62,031 nt of DNA, filler included, from Sluysia triapertura (GCA_046118255.1; 5 parts of 5 records of this genome joined end to end with filler, not necessarily neighbours in it), one strand, 5' to 3'. Shown: positions 38,713-50,539, numbered from the whole stretch's first letter. Made by a program: numbers and translations. The notes: a model not told the origin generated them from the letters alone.

Positions 38713-39032
38713 TGTTGGGATACTGTTAGACTTAATAAAATGGACTGACCGGGATCGAACCCAGTACCTTCGCTGCATAGTTCGATTGTTCTACCACTGA
38801 GCTACCAGCCCCGTCTAACAGTTTTATTTTTATTATATTCAATTATACTACTTGGCACTTTAGGCCTTCGTACCCCAACAATACAGGCCTAAAGTGCCGT
38901 AGAATGATAGAATTGACTATAATAAACTAAAATTGTTAGATGGGGCTGATAGTGTAGTGGGTACAACATCGAACTGAGCAGCAAAAGGGTCCGGGTTCGA
39001 TTCCAAATCAGTCAATTTTATGAAGGCTAACA
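38713..39032 (+). mobile_element. LTR-A full copy (older host copy) interrupted after base 11 by a second copy
   Basis: TGTTGGGATAC [insert] AGGCCTAAAGTGCC...TGTTAGATGGGGCTGATAG...GGTTCGATTCC...GGCTAACA; 4-bp TSD CAGG (38709-38712 and 39033-39036). Confidence 0.88.
38724..38880 (-). mobile_element. LTR-A full copy (157 bp) nested in opposite orientation; tRNA-like part 38741-38811
   Basis: Minus strand TGTTGGGGTAC...GGGCTGGTAGCTCAGTGG (A box)...GGTTCGATCC (B box)...TCAGTCCATTTT...GTCTAACA; 4-bp TSD ATAC (38720-38723 and 38881-38884). Confidence 0.92.
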
Positions 39033-40261
39033 CAGGTATAGTAACAAATTTATGCGTACAAACAATTAAATTTAAAATAATGTGCATAATATCGTAAATA
39101 TGATCGAATAGCAACTTCGACACGTTGACCTTTCACAATTTTGTACGACTTTTAATTGTTAAAGTTTTATTATCCTCTTTAATTAACTCTGGAATCTCGC
39201 CATTTTATAAATTACACTTTCCAAATCTGATTCGGTATCAACAATTCGGTTCAATTTATTTGTGGTTAAACGAACTTTTCAATTTGTAGGAAACGTTCAC
39301 TTTGAATTTATCATTTTTATCATAGCATTAATATGATTGGCAAAGTATGATAGTATAACATCCAAATTTATAAAATATTTGTCAGCAACATAATTGTCAG
39401 TAATATTAATATCAAATAAAATCTCTGAATGCTTTAAAAATATTTGATATCATAAAATAATTATATAAAAATAGTAATATAATATGTGAGCATGGTCATT
39501 TTAAATTGAGATTACATAGAAATAGTATGAAGTTAAAATTTATAAACATTAAATATTATGATTGATTATGTGAACAAAATTATTTTAAATTGAGAAATAT
39601 TTAAAGTAATTTTTTTATTCAAAATTTTTTATGTACAAAATGAATGAAAAAATAATAATAATCTATTGCTACGTAAAATTCATGAATGCATGGTATTATG
39701 TACAAAATGAATGAAAAGTAATTTTAACATTAATAATAATAATTTTATCAAAAATAATAATAATAAGTTATTGATACATAAAATTAGGAATAAAACATGT
39801 GTACATGTATGATAGCATGGAACATGCATGATGATAAATATTATTAGTTAATTGAAAAATATCTGACATGAAATGGATTGCGCATAAAAAATGTTTTATT
39901 TAATGGTTGAAATTAAATGAATACAATTTTTTAATATCATGCTTCTGTGTTCTGTGATATTACATCAGAAAGTACATAAGATATATTCGCATTTGAGTCC
40001 AGTTAATGTGTGATGAAGCTTGTAGGATATTAAGTTTGTAAATTTAATTTCAGCCTAAAATTTTTTCATAAAAATTCTCTAAAATATATTCATATTTTTA
40101 TAAATTTTAAATAAATCAATATTTAATTATATTGAATGTTTACTTCTGTTTGTTATTTAGACGTCATAAATTTTTCATTTGATCAAATAAATGTATAAAC
40201 AACTCAAATACTCAAATATTTTCTTTATTTTATAAATATGCCGTAGTTTTTTCTAACACTT

Positions 40262-40942
40262 AGAATAATTTTTGACATGGTAAACGTCTCTGCAACTAAA
40301 TGAGTTAATAATATTACAGCCTTACAATCAAATTTAGTCTGATACTTAATAGGTGTGATCACAAATTTTAATACAACAAACAAAACTAAATTTTCGAAGC
40401 TTTATTAAATAAAAAATTCGACAACACAGATTGAAATAGGAAAATAAAATTCAAATAAATAAGTTTATTATAGTTAAAACTGATTTTCAATCTTTAATTT
40501 TTGACGAAATATAATTTTTCCTCTATTTTAACCCTCAATATATCGCGGAAACCTTACACTTAGATTTTGAGTATATTTTACGATATTAATCTTATTGAAC
40601 AAAATTAATATCAACTTATAAAAAATAAATTACTTTTGACATGGAAATTGGAAAATTTTCTTCAAACTGCAAATCCTTGAATGTATGATTAACAGAGCTC
40701 ACGTACTAATATCTAAATTTGCAGTATGGCGATAATTAAAACGGCAGTTTTCATTAAACTGATGCCAGTTTATACTAGTCAATGGGAATCAATGGAATGT
40801 TCTAGAACGCTCTAGAAGCTTATATTCTATTTTTTTCGAAAAATAATTTCTTGTAAAATAATTATTTTTAAGTGTTTAGAGATTTATAAATAATTTTAAA
40901 GCATTTAATATGGCTTTAGAGGGTCGTAATGACAACCTAACA
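40262..40942 (-). mobile_element. LTR-B copy D (3' truncated)
   Basis: Minus strand starts TGTTAGGTTGTCATTACGACCCTCT and has AAGCTTCTAGAGCGTTCTAGAAC, TAGTATAAACT and ATCGCCATACTG blocks as in copy E. Confidence 0.75.
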
Positions 40943-42357
40943 AATATTTACATTTACAAGATAATTAGTAACAATAATGACGGAGATTTAAATTTCAAAA
41001 GTAAATTTATGTTATAATTTTTAACAAATTTTACGGTGTTGGCACACAGCACACATTATGTATAAATTGGAGATTTTATACCCATTAGACAATCCATTAC
41101 AAACTAAATGATTCAAACGAATCCCGAAGATTCTAACTACAGTTATCCAAATTTCGAAACTAAAATAAAATGACGTTTTAAATGAAAAATAATAACTAAA
41201 AGATAAATTCTGAACTAGAATTTAATAATTGAAAATTAATTTTTGTGTTATACTTTTGTAAGTGTTTTGTTTTATTAATAAATTTTTGGATTTGTGTCTT
41301 CGTTCAAAATTATCAACGATAATTAAACAATTAAATTAACACTTAATTTCGATATATATTTTTAACAATCACAAATTATTGAAATTCAAAGTTACTAATC
41401 ACTGTTTGTATACAATTAATCAATAAAAGAAAAGCCCAGAGGTGATACAACGGGTACATTGTGAATGCCCTTATTAAACAAAATATAAGTGTAATACTAA
41501 GGTTTCGTTAATTACTAAAGATAAATCTTCAATCACACAATGTTTATCTCTCTTATCTGACTTGTCAAAAGAATTTTTTCTTATATAGTAGTTGGGGAAT
41601 TGCTGAAGAGATTAAAATTGGAAAATAGAAATAATTACTTCGTATAATTATTCATTCTTTTGAGTCGGTTATATTCGACAAATTTTTAATAATTAAACTT
41701 CGATGATAATTTCCGTTATTATATTCCGTAATTACCCAAAGATAATGGGTAATTTTTGATGAATAATCATGATTAACATGATAAAATCAAAATTTAATAT
41801 TATTTCTATTGAAATAATACATCAACTTAAAATAAACGTAAAATTAATTAAATACCAAATTACTTTTCTATCAAAAGTATTTATACACTACATCACGCAA
41901 TCAGCGTACGTTACAGGTCGATTTCAATAACCTGTCTGAATTAGTATCTTAATGAGTATCAATTTAATCCATACTTTAATTATACGTAGATATTGTAAAA
42001 TATTAAATTATAAAAATTAATTAAAATAAATAATTTTTACGTTCTCTACGTCAATATTCTTCGTAACATTTCAACATTAGCAGAACTGATGAAATTTATC
42101 ATAAGCAAACATTTTTCACTAAATTATCAAATTAAATTAATTAATAAATGAACTTTTACATTTTAACAAGTAAGCCCTTATAAAGGATTCTCTCTTCGTA
42201 TCCTTCTTTTTTTATTTTGATTCAAATATTTTATACGCTTATTAAATTAACACAATGTGTCGTAATGTTTTATCTTACTTTATTCTTATACTAATTCATC
42301 TTTAACAAAACCCAACAATATATTTCTGATAAAATTGAATGACAAAGTGTGATATAT

Positions 42358-42359
<2 letters not shown>

Positions 42360-42408
<49 letters not shown>

Positions 42409-43460
42409 TTAATATTAATATTAATTTATATGGCGCTCATATCTACTGCAAAGTAAGTACTCAAAAGTGCTTTAAGTAAGTCATTCACTATAATATTTCT
42501 GAAACAGAAACAACATTGCCCGTTTCTTAAATATTTCATAATCTTCCAGTAATTTGACATTCTCTTGTAACTGGTTGTATATTTTTGAAACATAAACGGT
42601 ATAGAACCTATCACCTAGCTCTTAATATCACTGTTAGACTTCATAAAATGGACTGACCCGGAATCGAATCCAAAACCTCTCGCTGCGCAGTTTGATGCTC
42701 TACCACCACTGAGCTATCAGCCCCATCTAACAATCTATTATAGTCAATAATACCATCATGGCACTTTAGGCCTTTTGACCACAACATTATTATGTCTCAA
42801 TGAAATATTTATTTTGGTTTCCACATTTTTAATTATTTCTAAAAGATATTCAGGACTTCCGCAATGTAAGCATTTGTAAATTATTGTCATGATTTTGAAT
42901 TCTATTCTTCCTTTTATTGGCAACCAATGTAATTCTTTGAGATATGGTGTTATATGAGATCTTTTGCCAACTTGGGGAATTACTCTTGCTGCTTCATTAA
43001 TTATTTTTTCACTTTTCTATTGAAATTGAGTACAACAAACTATTGTTAAAATCTATGTTAGCTATCAATGAGTGAACAATAAGTTTAGCTGTTTCTTTAT
43101 CAATAAATTTTCGAATATTTGATATTTTATTTAATTGATATTTACACTTTTTAACAATACAATTAATATTTTCTTCCATGTTCATTTTTGAATACATCTA
43201 GTGTGTCTTACCACCTACAATTAACTTTGCTTCATTTATTTTGATATTGTCTCTATTTTTATTACTGAAGATTACAAATTCCGACTTTTCTTCATTGTTT
43301 ATTTTCAGTATTTTTTTTCCAAACCATTTTATCAATTCAGATACTTGTTCTTCTGTTCTTTGAATAGTATTTTCTATGTTGTTCATTTCAAATTGAGTAT
43401 ATATTTGCACGCCATCAGCATAAATCTGGTATTTAAAATTATATGATTCGATTACATAAA
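42360..43460 (-). mobile_element. 5'-truncated L2/CR1-clade LINE (RT C-terminal half, 3' end, (TTA)n tail)
   Basis: YQIYADGVQIY (degenerate YADD), IKWFGKKILKIN..KSEFVIF, IRKFIDKETAKLIVHSLI..IDFNNSLL, SHITPYLKELHWLPIKGRIEFKI; tail repeat at 42360-42410. Confidence 0.85.
42632..42786 (-). mobile_element. LTR-A full copy inserted in the LINE; tRNA-like part 42649-42723
   Basis: Plus strand TGTTAGACTTC...GGCACTTTAGGCCTTTTGACCACAACA; absent from the LINE paralog at ~31990; no TSD match, with a flanking deletion relative to the paralog. Confidence 0.85.
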
Positions 43461-44464
43461 AGTAGGAATCAAAAACTGAAATGCCTAATATTTGAAAAAT
43501 TAGTACAAATTACTCTCGATGGCACAACACTTGCACGTAATAATGTATTATAATCGATTCATTAAACAATTTGGTCGATAATCTACAAGTTCCATATTTC
43601 TAATTGACGATATATCCGGAGACGGTGGGTTTGATTATGGGCACAAGTTTGAAGGATCTGATTGGTTGTCATCTTAAATTTGGATTTGTTGTGGCTAAAT
43701 TGGAAGTGGTTGCTTTCTTTATTCATTGCTACTTTATGAGAAGCTGAGGAATGATAATTCATCATACATCGATATTATTTTAGGAGTGCAGCCCTAAATA
43801 ATTAAAATACACTTCAACAATGTATCAATAACACAAAACATTGGATATAAAATTGGCCAATGGTAATACTGCGTTATGTACTCTTTAATATGTACCTTTC
43901 TTCATACCAGTAATTTGACACTAATACTGTAATATTGTCGTAGGTCGAATATTTCCGATCTTTGAGATATATTCAAAGCATTTGTTACATCTTTACTTAT
44001 TTCTAATAAGAGAGCATCAAATTGAATTGACATTGTTTTGATTGGTGATGATGGGAATGAGACAGCTTTCTAGATTAATTGAGTAGATCATTTAATTATG
44101 TATCTAATATTACAGTGACTCCTTCACTGTGATGGCGAATAATTTAATTTATCATTTGACCACGATTCTGGTATGCGAAAATATTTTGGTAATCTTTGTT
44201 CTTAATTCATTGCACACAAACAATGATTCAATAGAAATCGCAGATGCTATTATTTACCGCACTTTGCATATGAAAAGAAGACATTTTCTTGTCCATGTGT
44301 GTGCATGCGGAGGTAGAACAAAGAATTTATTTCGTCATTTTTTCATTAATGTGTGCAGGAATAGACAAATTGTTGTGCATACATAAATAGGCACAAATAA
44401 AACATTTTGCGTCATATTAAAAACGCAGATCATATTTCAGGTTATATCAGTTATTGGTTGAAGC

Positions 44465-44484
44465 AGTGTGTGTGTGTGTGTGTG
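44465..44484 (+). repeat. (GT)n microsatellite
   Basis: About 9 GT units. Confidence 0.85.
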
Positions 44485-44763
44485 ACTATTAGGTGATTGT
44501 TCGTTTGTTATTATTGCAAATCGTAGATGCAGAGTTATGAAGTGTGCATGAAACCAGTAGAATATAATTCATATCCAATAAGAATTCAAATTTATTTCAA
44601 AATAATTTTAACTGTCCTACATTATTTGAAGTATAATTCTTTGTGTGTCAATGGTTTTGCCAGTGATAAAGTTGTTATACTTTGAATTAAAGGCGTACAA
44701 TTATTATCTGGTGTCAGTTTTTGATTTGATAATTTCGAGTCAAAAAGTATAAAATTATTTTAT

Positions 44764-44896
44764 TGTTGGGATGCAGGCCTAAAGTGCCATTTAGAACAAT
44801 GATAGTGTAATTGAATATAATAAAACAAAATTGTTAGATGGAGCTTGTAACTCACTGGGTAGAGGAGATCAACGTTCGATTTTATGAAGTCTAACA
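44764..44896 (+). mobile_element. LTR-A copy with internally deleted tRNA part
   Basis: TGTTGGGATGCAGGCCTAAAGTGCC...TGTTAGATGG...TTTTATGAAGTCTAACA; 4-bp TSD TTAT (44760-44763 and 44897-44900). Confidence 0.85.
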
Positions 44897-45184
44897 TTAT
44901 CACTTTTGTGACTTGCAGATGAACCAATAGGAGTTATATTATTTACGTAAAAATATAAAGAAAACAATGCAGTGTTAATGTAGCATTAAAATTTGAATGT
45001 TTGAATATTTTATGAATGATTAAATTTATAAATGTTTTATAAGTTTTCTGTTTTGCAGTTTTGATATTTCTTTATGATAACTTATCTCGTTTGTGGCTTT
45101 ATTTTCTGGGTCAAATTAGCTACTTAGAAAAATAAATAGTACATTGTTATATAAATTATTCATTTAAAATAAAATTTGATTCAG

Positions 45185-45341
45185 CATCAAAAGGAAAGAA
45201 TAAAAATGCAAGAAAAACGTCGTCACAAGCTGCAAGATATTTTTCTTGCCAAAGTGAAATGTGAGAATTTGAAATTGGAAAGTGATATCAAAGAATTAAA
45301 TGTGCAAGTCAATGAAAGACGACACATTAGTTCTGGATTTC
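45185..45341 (+). CDS. CFAP43: Cilia- and flagella-associated protein 43, penultimate coding exon (absent from ORF track)
   Basis: TTCAG acceptor, GTTAGT donor; HQKERIKMQEKRRHKLQDIFLAKVKCENLKLESDIKELNVQVNERRHISSGF coiled coil, phase 1 joins 47451. Confidence 0.85.
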
Positions 45342-45374
45342 GTTAGTTTATTTTTTAAACTAATTAATTTTATT

Positions 45375-45602
45375 GTGAAAATAACGTTTTAGTAGGCTCC
45401 CTGTTGTCTAAGAGATCATAGCGATAATGTCGTTTCATTAAAGAGATAACTCCTTGATCTATAGGTTTAATTGAAGATGTTACATTACGTGATAAAAATT
45501 TTAAAATCAATAAAATTAAAATTGTTCTTAAAATAAATAGATGCGTATTTAAACAATTATGCATTTTCTAAATATTATCCACGGATAATCGGGATTTTAC
45601 TG
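45375..45602 (-). mobile_element. pogo/Tigger-like transposon remnant
   Basis: KFLSRNVTSSIKPIDQGVISLMKRHYR (cf. FLPPNTTSLIQPMDQGVI..FK..YR) and a terminus CAGTAAAATCCCGATTATCCG. Confidence 0.75.
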
Positions 45603-45722
45603 TGTAATAATTCAATATGTTATTTTATTTTATTATTATTATTATTAATAGCATAAAAATTGAAGTTTTACGAAGTTCATTGTAGAAATAATCATTTATA
45701 AGTAGTATTAATACGATGAATA

Positions 45723-45982
45723 TAACGATAATTATCTGAATATTCCACTTTGAAAAATGAAAATCACAATGATACAAAAGCAAACAATGTATTGAGTGGT
45801 CTCCATTTCAAGAATAGTGACTGAAATAAAGTGACTGAAAGGATACTGACAACCCCAACATAGGGAAGAACATGCAGGGTTTCTAACCTATTCTTGAAAT
45901 GGAGACCACTCAATACATTGTTTGCTTTTGAATCATTGTGATTTTCATTTTTCAAAGTGGAATATTCAGATTATTATCGTTA
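45723..45982. repeat. Long inverted repeat: 95-bp arms (45723-45817, 45888-45982), 70-bp spacer
   Basis: Arms are reverse complements with about 2 mismatches. Confidence 0.92.
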
Positions 45983-46440
45983 CATAGATTTACAGCAAAT
46001 TTATAAGTTCATTAATTAATTAATTTAATTAGAATTATTTGAAAATCATTTTTAATCAATAACTTTCGTTATGATGCTTGCACAAGAGCGGGTATCACAC
46101 ATTATAAAACACAATCATGAAATGTATCAATGTTATGAACACTAAGACAGTGTGAAACACGTCAACGTAGAAATATGTAAAATCATCAGTTATAAAGTTA
46201 AATTTCTACGTATTATGATGAACATACATGATAAAAGTATGTATTAAAGTAATGCTCATTAAGGGGTCATTCTAAATATGTTATTGAAATGGACGTGTGA
46301 CGCACTGACCGCGTTGCGTATTGTATCGAAAGTTATTATTAAAATCAAGTTTTATATTCAATTTAAGTTAACCTATCGTTGTATTGATAAGTATTATTAT
46401 AACCATGATCTTAAATTTTATTTTTATTACGTTCAAAAGG

Positions 46441-46830
46441 TAAGAGTTTGTTTGTCATAAAACTAATTATCTTTGAATAAATGTTAGTTAATATTAAGAC
46501 GGAAATTCAACGGAAATTTATGTTCAAATGTGATTAATAAAATTGGTCGGCATAAATCTGACTCTAAGAAGTAAGCATGTCTTGTCGACATGCACGATAA
46601 TTAAGTCGAATTCTCGACTTTCTAGTAATTGTCCAAACACTATGTAAATAACCACATTTTTATATCATTTAACAAAAAATAGAATAGGAAAGCTGATTCA
46701 ATACCGTAGTGGCAAACACTGACTGAGTTTTAAAAATCGGACTAAATTTTATTGTTAAACCCACTTATTTGTGGTTAGTGAGTCGTGGGGTTTTATTCAT
46801 TTATTGTATTTTGGGTACTAACTTTTATTT
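46441..46830 (+). repeat. Unclassified dispersed repeat, paralog of 37357-37710
   Basis: See 37357. Confidence 0.7.
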
Positions 46831-47450
46831 GTGTTTTGTAACCCCCGAGATTGAGTATTATAATTGAATTTTATTTTACTGAATAATTAATTATCATAAA
46901 GGACTGCGTTATATTGACTTAATTATTATTTGATTTTTATTGTGATGTAGTTGTAATATACTGAGACTAGACTCCATTTAATTGTCTTTTATAATTTAAA
47001 GAATATTAAAAAGGTAAAAACACAACTTCTACTGCATTTAACTTAGAGGACCTTGTAAATCAATCAGTGAATTGAATATTGTTTGATAAATCAGTTAACC
47101 GCTGACCACTCTAGTCGGGAACCATCAATCCTGTACAGTACTAGCAGTATCGGTATCTACCGAGTTCTTCTGAATTAAGTCTGTTTTGATAATAAAAAAA
47201 GGAAATATAAGTTAAAATGAACAATAAAAAATATGATGATAATGATGATGCTACAAGAGAAGGGAGATAAATTAAAAATATTCGACAAAAATGAATGAAT
47301 TCGCAATCTCAAAAATATCGAATAAATAAAACTCGAACCATTTGCAACACAAAATATTGATCATGATAAACACTCCACTGACAGTTCACTAACTGCGTAA
47401 TACCGATAGCTCATCATTAACAATCACGATTTTATTTTATTTTATTTCAG

Positions 47451-47620
47451 CCTCGGACTCGGTAAGTGTTAGAAACGCCGAACTGCGGTACCAAAAGATC
47501 CTTCAGCGTCAAAATCTAATCGATCTTGCCAAGTCTCAAGCTCGAGAAGTTGCCGTTCTGAGATCGGAAGTAGAGCGACTTCGTATGCGCACCTTTCCGG
47601 CCTTGGTCCAGCCAAAATAA
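47451..47620 (+). CDS. CFAP43: Cilia- and flagella-associated protein 43, last coding exon (absent from ORF track)
   Basis: T-rich TTTCAG acceptor; SDSVSVRNAELRYQKILQRQNLIDLAKSQAREVAVLRSEVERLRMRTFPALVQPK*, matching the recalled CFAP43 C-terminus EVERLRMKTFPALVQ. Confidence 0.9.
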
Positions 47621-48756
47621 GACAAGTGACGTTTTTCATAAAAATTTACTAATAGTAATCGACCAATTAAATCATGATTATGTTTAATTAAATATGAATA
47701 TAATTAAATAGTTGTATTATGATCCAGGTCTTCTAAAAGAGGATTCAGCAAATGTTGTATATGGAATGTGAATGAGTCTCATTCTCCTGATTTACTTATT
47801 CTTATTATTACTATTATTATTTTACTTAGAGGAATATTGACGAAGTAGCCAATTAGAACTTGGCATTTCTGAGCACCACGTAAAATAAAAATATTCAATG
47901 TAGGAAATAATTTTCTTTGCATTTCGCAAATGAATTCCACTAACATTGACGATGTTAATAATGAAGGCAGTTCTTTTACATGGCCGACAATCGCGATACT
48001 TTCAGATGGATCCACTCCGAAGAATTGGGTGTCGAAATATTTATCCCACAATGAATCGCATAAGCAAATGCGTATAAAAAATTCTGCATTTAAGCAGTTC
48101 ATTGACTTAATGATGAGGTACTATCGTCAGTGTAGAAGAAAGTATAAGACGTACAATTAAAAATTAACTATCGTAAGAACATGTAAGTAACACAATTATG
48201 ACACTCATGGATAATTATTTAAAATGTTTGAATTTTGTGCATCAATACCAAAATTTTAAAACTAACTTAATATAATAATAATGGTATTGTAGTTGCACCG
48301 ATGACATCGAAATAGACAGGTTTATAAATCGCGAAATTAACGATGTAGGATCGCATAAGTGTACGATTTGAGGCACGACAATTTACTAGTGCTTCAATTT
48401 TCGTCGGATCTAACGAATCAACCTCACAAATAATGGACAACTCACTGCAACTCGATCTCAATTTCACAAGTCATTACTAAAAACTTTAATCTCTAAGTAC
48501 AAAAAATGTCATATGTACAAAGACAAAATATAATTTTATGCATAGAATGTAATAAATCTCCGCATACCAAAATCAGCGTTGAACATAATAAGAATTCCAT
48601 TACGATAAAGTATGGAGCTCTACAAATATCCCATAGAAAACATCGGATGTTCTGCTATCGATTGTACAAATTCTCACATAAAGGTGTTCTTTGAAAAATC
48701 TCCATGTTCATTGTTCACGTAAGAACTTTGTCTCATTATTTAGATTAGCATATATT

Positions 48757-49591
48757 TGTTAGGTTGTCATCACAACCCTATGAAATAATTAAAAAACGAC
48801 AGCTTAAAATCAATTATTAATTTTTAAAATTACTTAAGAACAATTATTTTCCAAAACAGAAATTTCTTTTCCAAAAAAGAATAAAATTTCTAAAATAGAG
48901 AATAGGCTTCTAAAAATAAATTAGAAGCTTCTAGAATGTTCTAGAATATTTTAGAACATTTCATCGATTTTCATTGGATGGTGACTAGTATATAAACTAG
49001 CATCTTACAATGAAAATCGCCAATTTTATGGTCGCCATCTTGCTATTTACAGTTAATTGGTAACTTTATTCAAGATAATTGTGAAATTAGTAATCATCAC
49101 AATTACCAGTTATCCGGCAATCAATTGCGGAATTTCTTTCAGATTTTGGTAAATTATACATTTATTAAGTTAGATTTTAACTTTTGAATTAATTTATAAA
49201 ATTTTTAAGTCCCCGATATATTGAAGGGTAAACTCTACTTAAACTACACCAGAAACAGATTAAACGTTCTCGGAGCTTTAATCTTTAAAATTGATTATCT
49301 CATCTTATTCTCATAATCTACTATTCTAAGTTTTTTAGCATTTTGTAGGTTTTTTAATAAACGAGTTAGAGTTTTTGCATTATTTAATTATTAAATTATT
49401 GAATTAAAAATTAAAGTATTTAGTAGTTGTAAGACTCTCCTCATTCATCTTATTAGACAGAGACGTTATTTTTAAGTGATCTTGAACTTATTAGTTACAG
49501 AATGCCAACGATACGTTGTAAGATGCTTACTGTAACCGAAGCCTACTAAAAAATATTTTGCCGTAGGTTAAGTGTAAGAAAAACCACAGCA
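48757..49591 (+). mobile_element. Solo LTR, LTR-B copy E (835 bp)
   Basis: TGTTAGGTTGTCATC...ATTGG..TATATAAA..CGCCATCTTG...AAAACCACAGCA; perfect 4-bp TSD TATT (48753-48756 and 49592-49595). Confidence 0.87.
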
Positions 49592-50153
49592 TATTAATTA
49601 AGAAATCAATGTTTTATTTTTTGTTGTTTGTGATTCTTTTCGATTTAAGATAAAAAGAATTAATTTTACAAAAATCCCTGACAAACTTATTAAATTTGCA
49701 TTTTATGAAATTGATTTAAAACGAGCCTCAACCTCAAATATGCTGAAAAAAATGCAAAGTTTATTACGAAGAATATAATTTTTAGGTGCCTTTGAGAAAG
49801 TATAAACTAATGAGAACCTCAAGCTCGACAACGTATTGCAATAAATTATAGTTGAAAAGAATATCCCCTTACGTTGATAATGAGAAATGAATTAAATTGT
49901 GGTAATTTTATTAAATTCATTATCTGAGTATATTAATAAAATAAAATCTCAAAAATTATATCATAACATGTTACCTGGTAATGGTACCTAGATCAGAATA
50001 ATAAACTTGACATTAGTAACGAATTTTGTTTAATTATTTAAAATCATCATACAGATAAATTTGTATTAAAATATTAATTTCAGTGTTTATATCTAGTATT
50101 TAAATTGTTAATAATATTCCCAAAATGATGGCTCATTTGAAAACACATTTTAA

Positions 50154-50361
50154 CACTAGAAGGACCAAGTTGGTTAATTGACGCAAATGATATATTTGAC
50201 TAATGCCATTATCGGAGTTTACATGGGAAAATTATGAAAAAATACGACGATGTCATAACCTTAATTCCAACACACTTCTGAAGGTATCAGCCAATTGCAA
50301 GCATTTGTGTCAATTATGCACGTGGGCTTTCTAGGTATTATAAATTCTAGTTCTCCTAGTG
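50154..50361. mobile_element. piggyBac-type MITE (208 bp)
   Basis: TTAA-CACTAGAAGGAC...GTTCTCCTAGTG-TTAA: imperfect TIRs and TTAA TSD. Confidence 0.8.
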
Positions 50362-50539
50362 TTAAATACTGTTATAGAATAGAGGATTACCACTGAATTT
50401 TAAAATCTAAGATAATACAGTAGATACCGCTGTGGTGTCACACTTTAACACAACATACATATCATCCATCATCACCATCAATTACACCAACTACATCACA
50501 AACACTAAACACATCAACATATACAATATCAAACTCTAC

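Noticed and set aside
38741-38811. Functional tRNA gene (Ala/Cys-like)
   Set aside because: Anticodon arm does not form properly, copies are variably mutated, and all lie inside a TSD-flanked repeat.
38713-38880. A TIR element bounded by TGTTGGGATAC / GTACCCCAACA
   Set aside because: The apparent TIR comes from two nested opposite-orientation LTR-A copies; TSDs ATAC and CAGG support nesting.
43500-44400. Cys-rich or protease-like transposon ORF on the minus strand
   Set aside because: Too fragmented to identify any motif with confidence.
8000-46200. Hammerhead ribozymes at scattered CTGANGA motifs (e.g. ~10552, ~42085)
   Set aside because: No matching GAAA core with flanking stems found by eye at the sites examined.
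18432-47620. Ciliary gene cluster (DYNC2H1 + CFAP43)
   Set aside because: The genes are on different pieces separated by artificial spacers.
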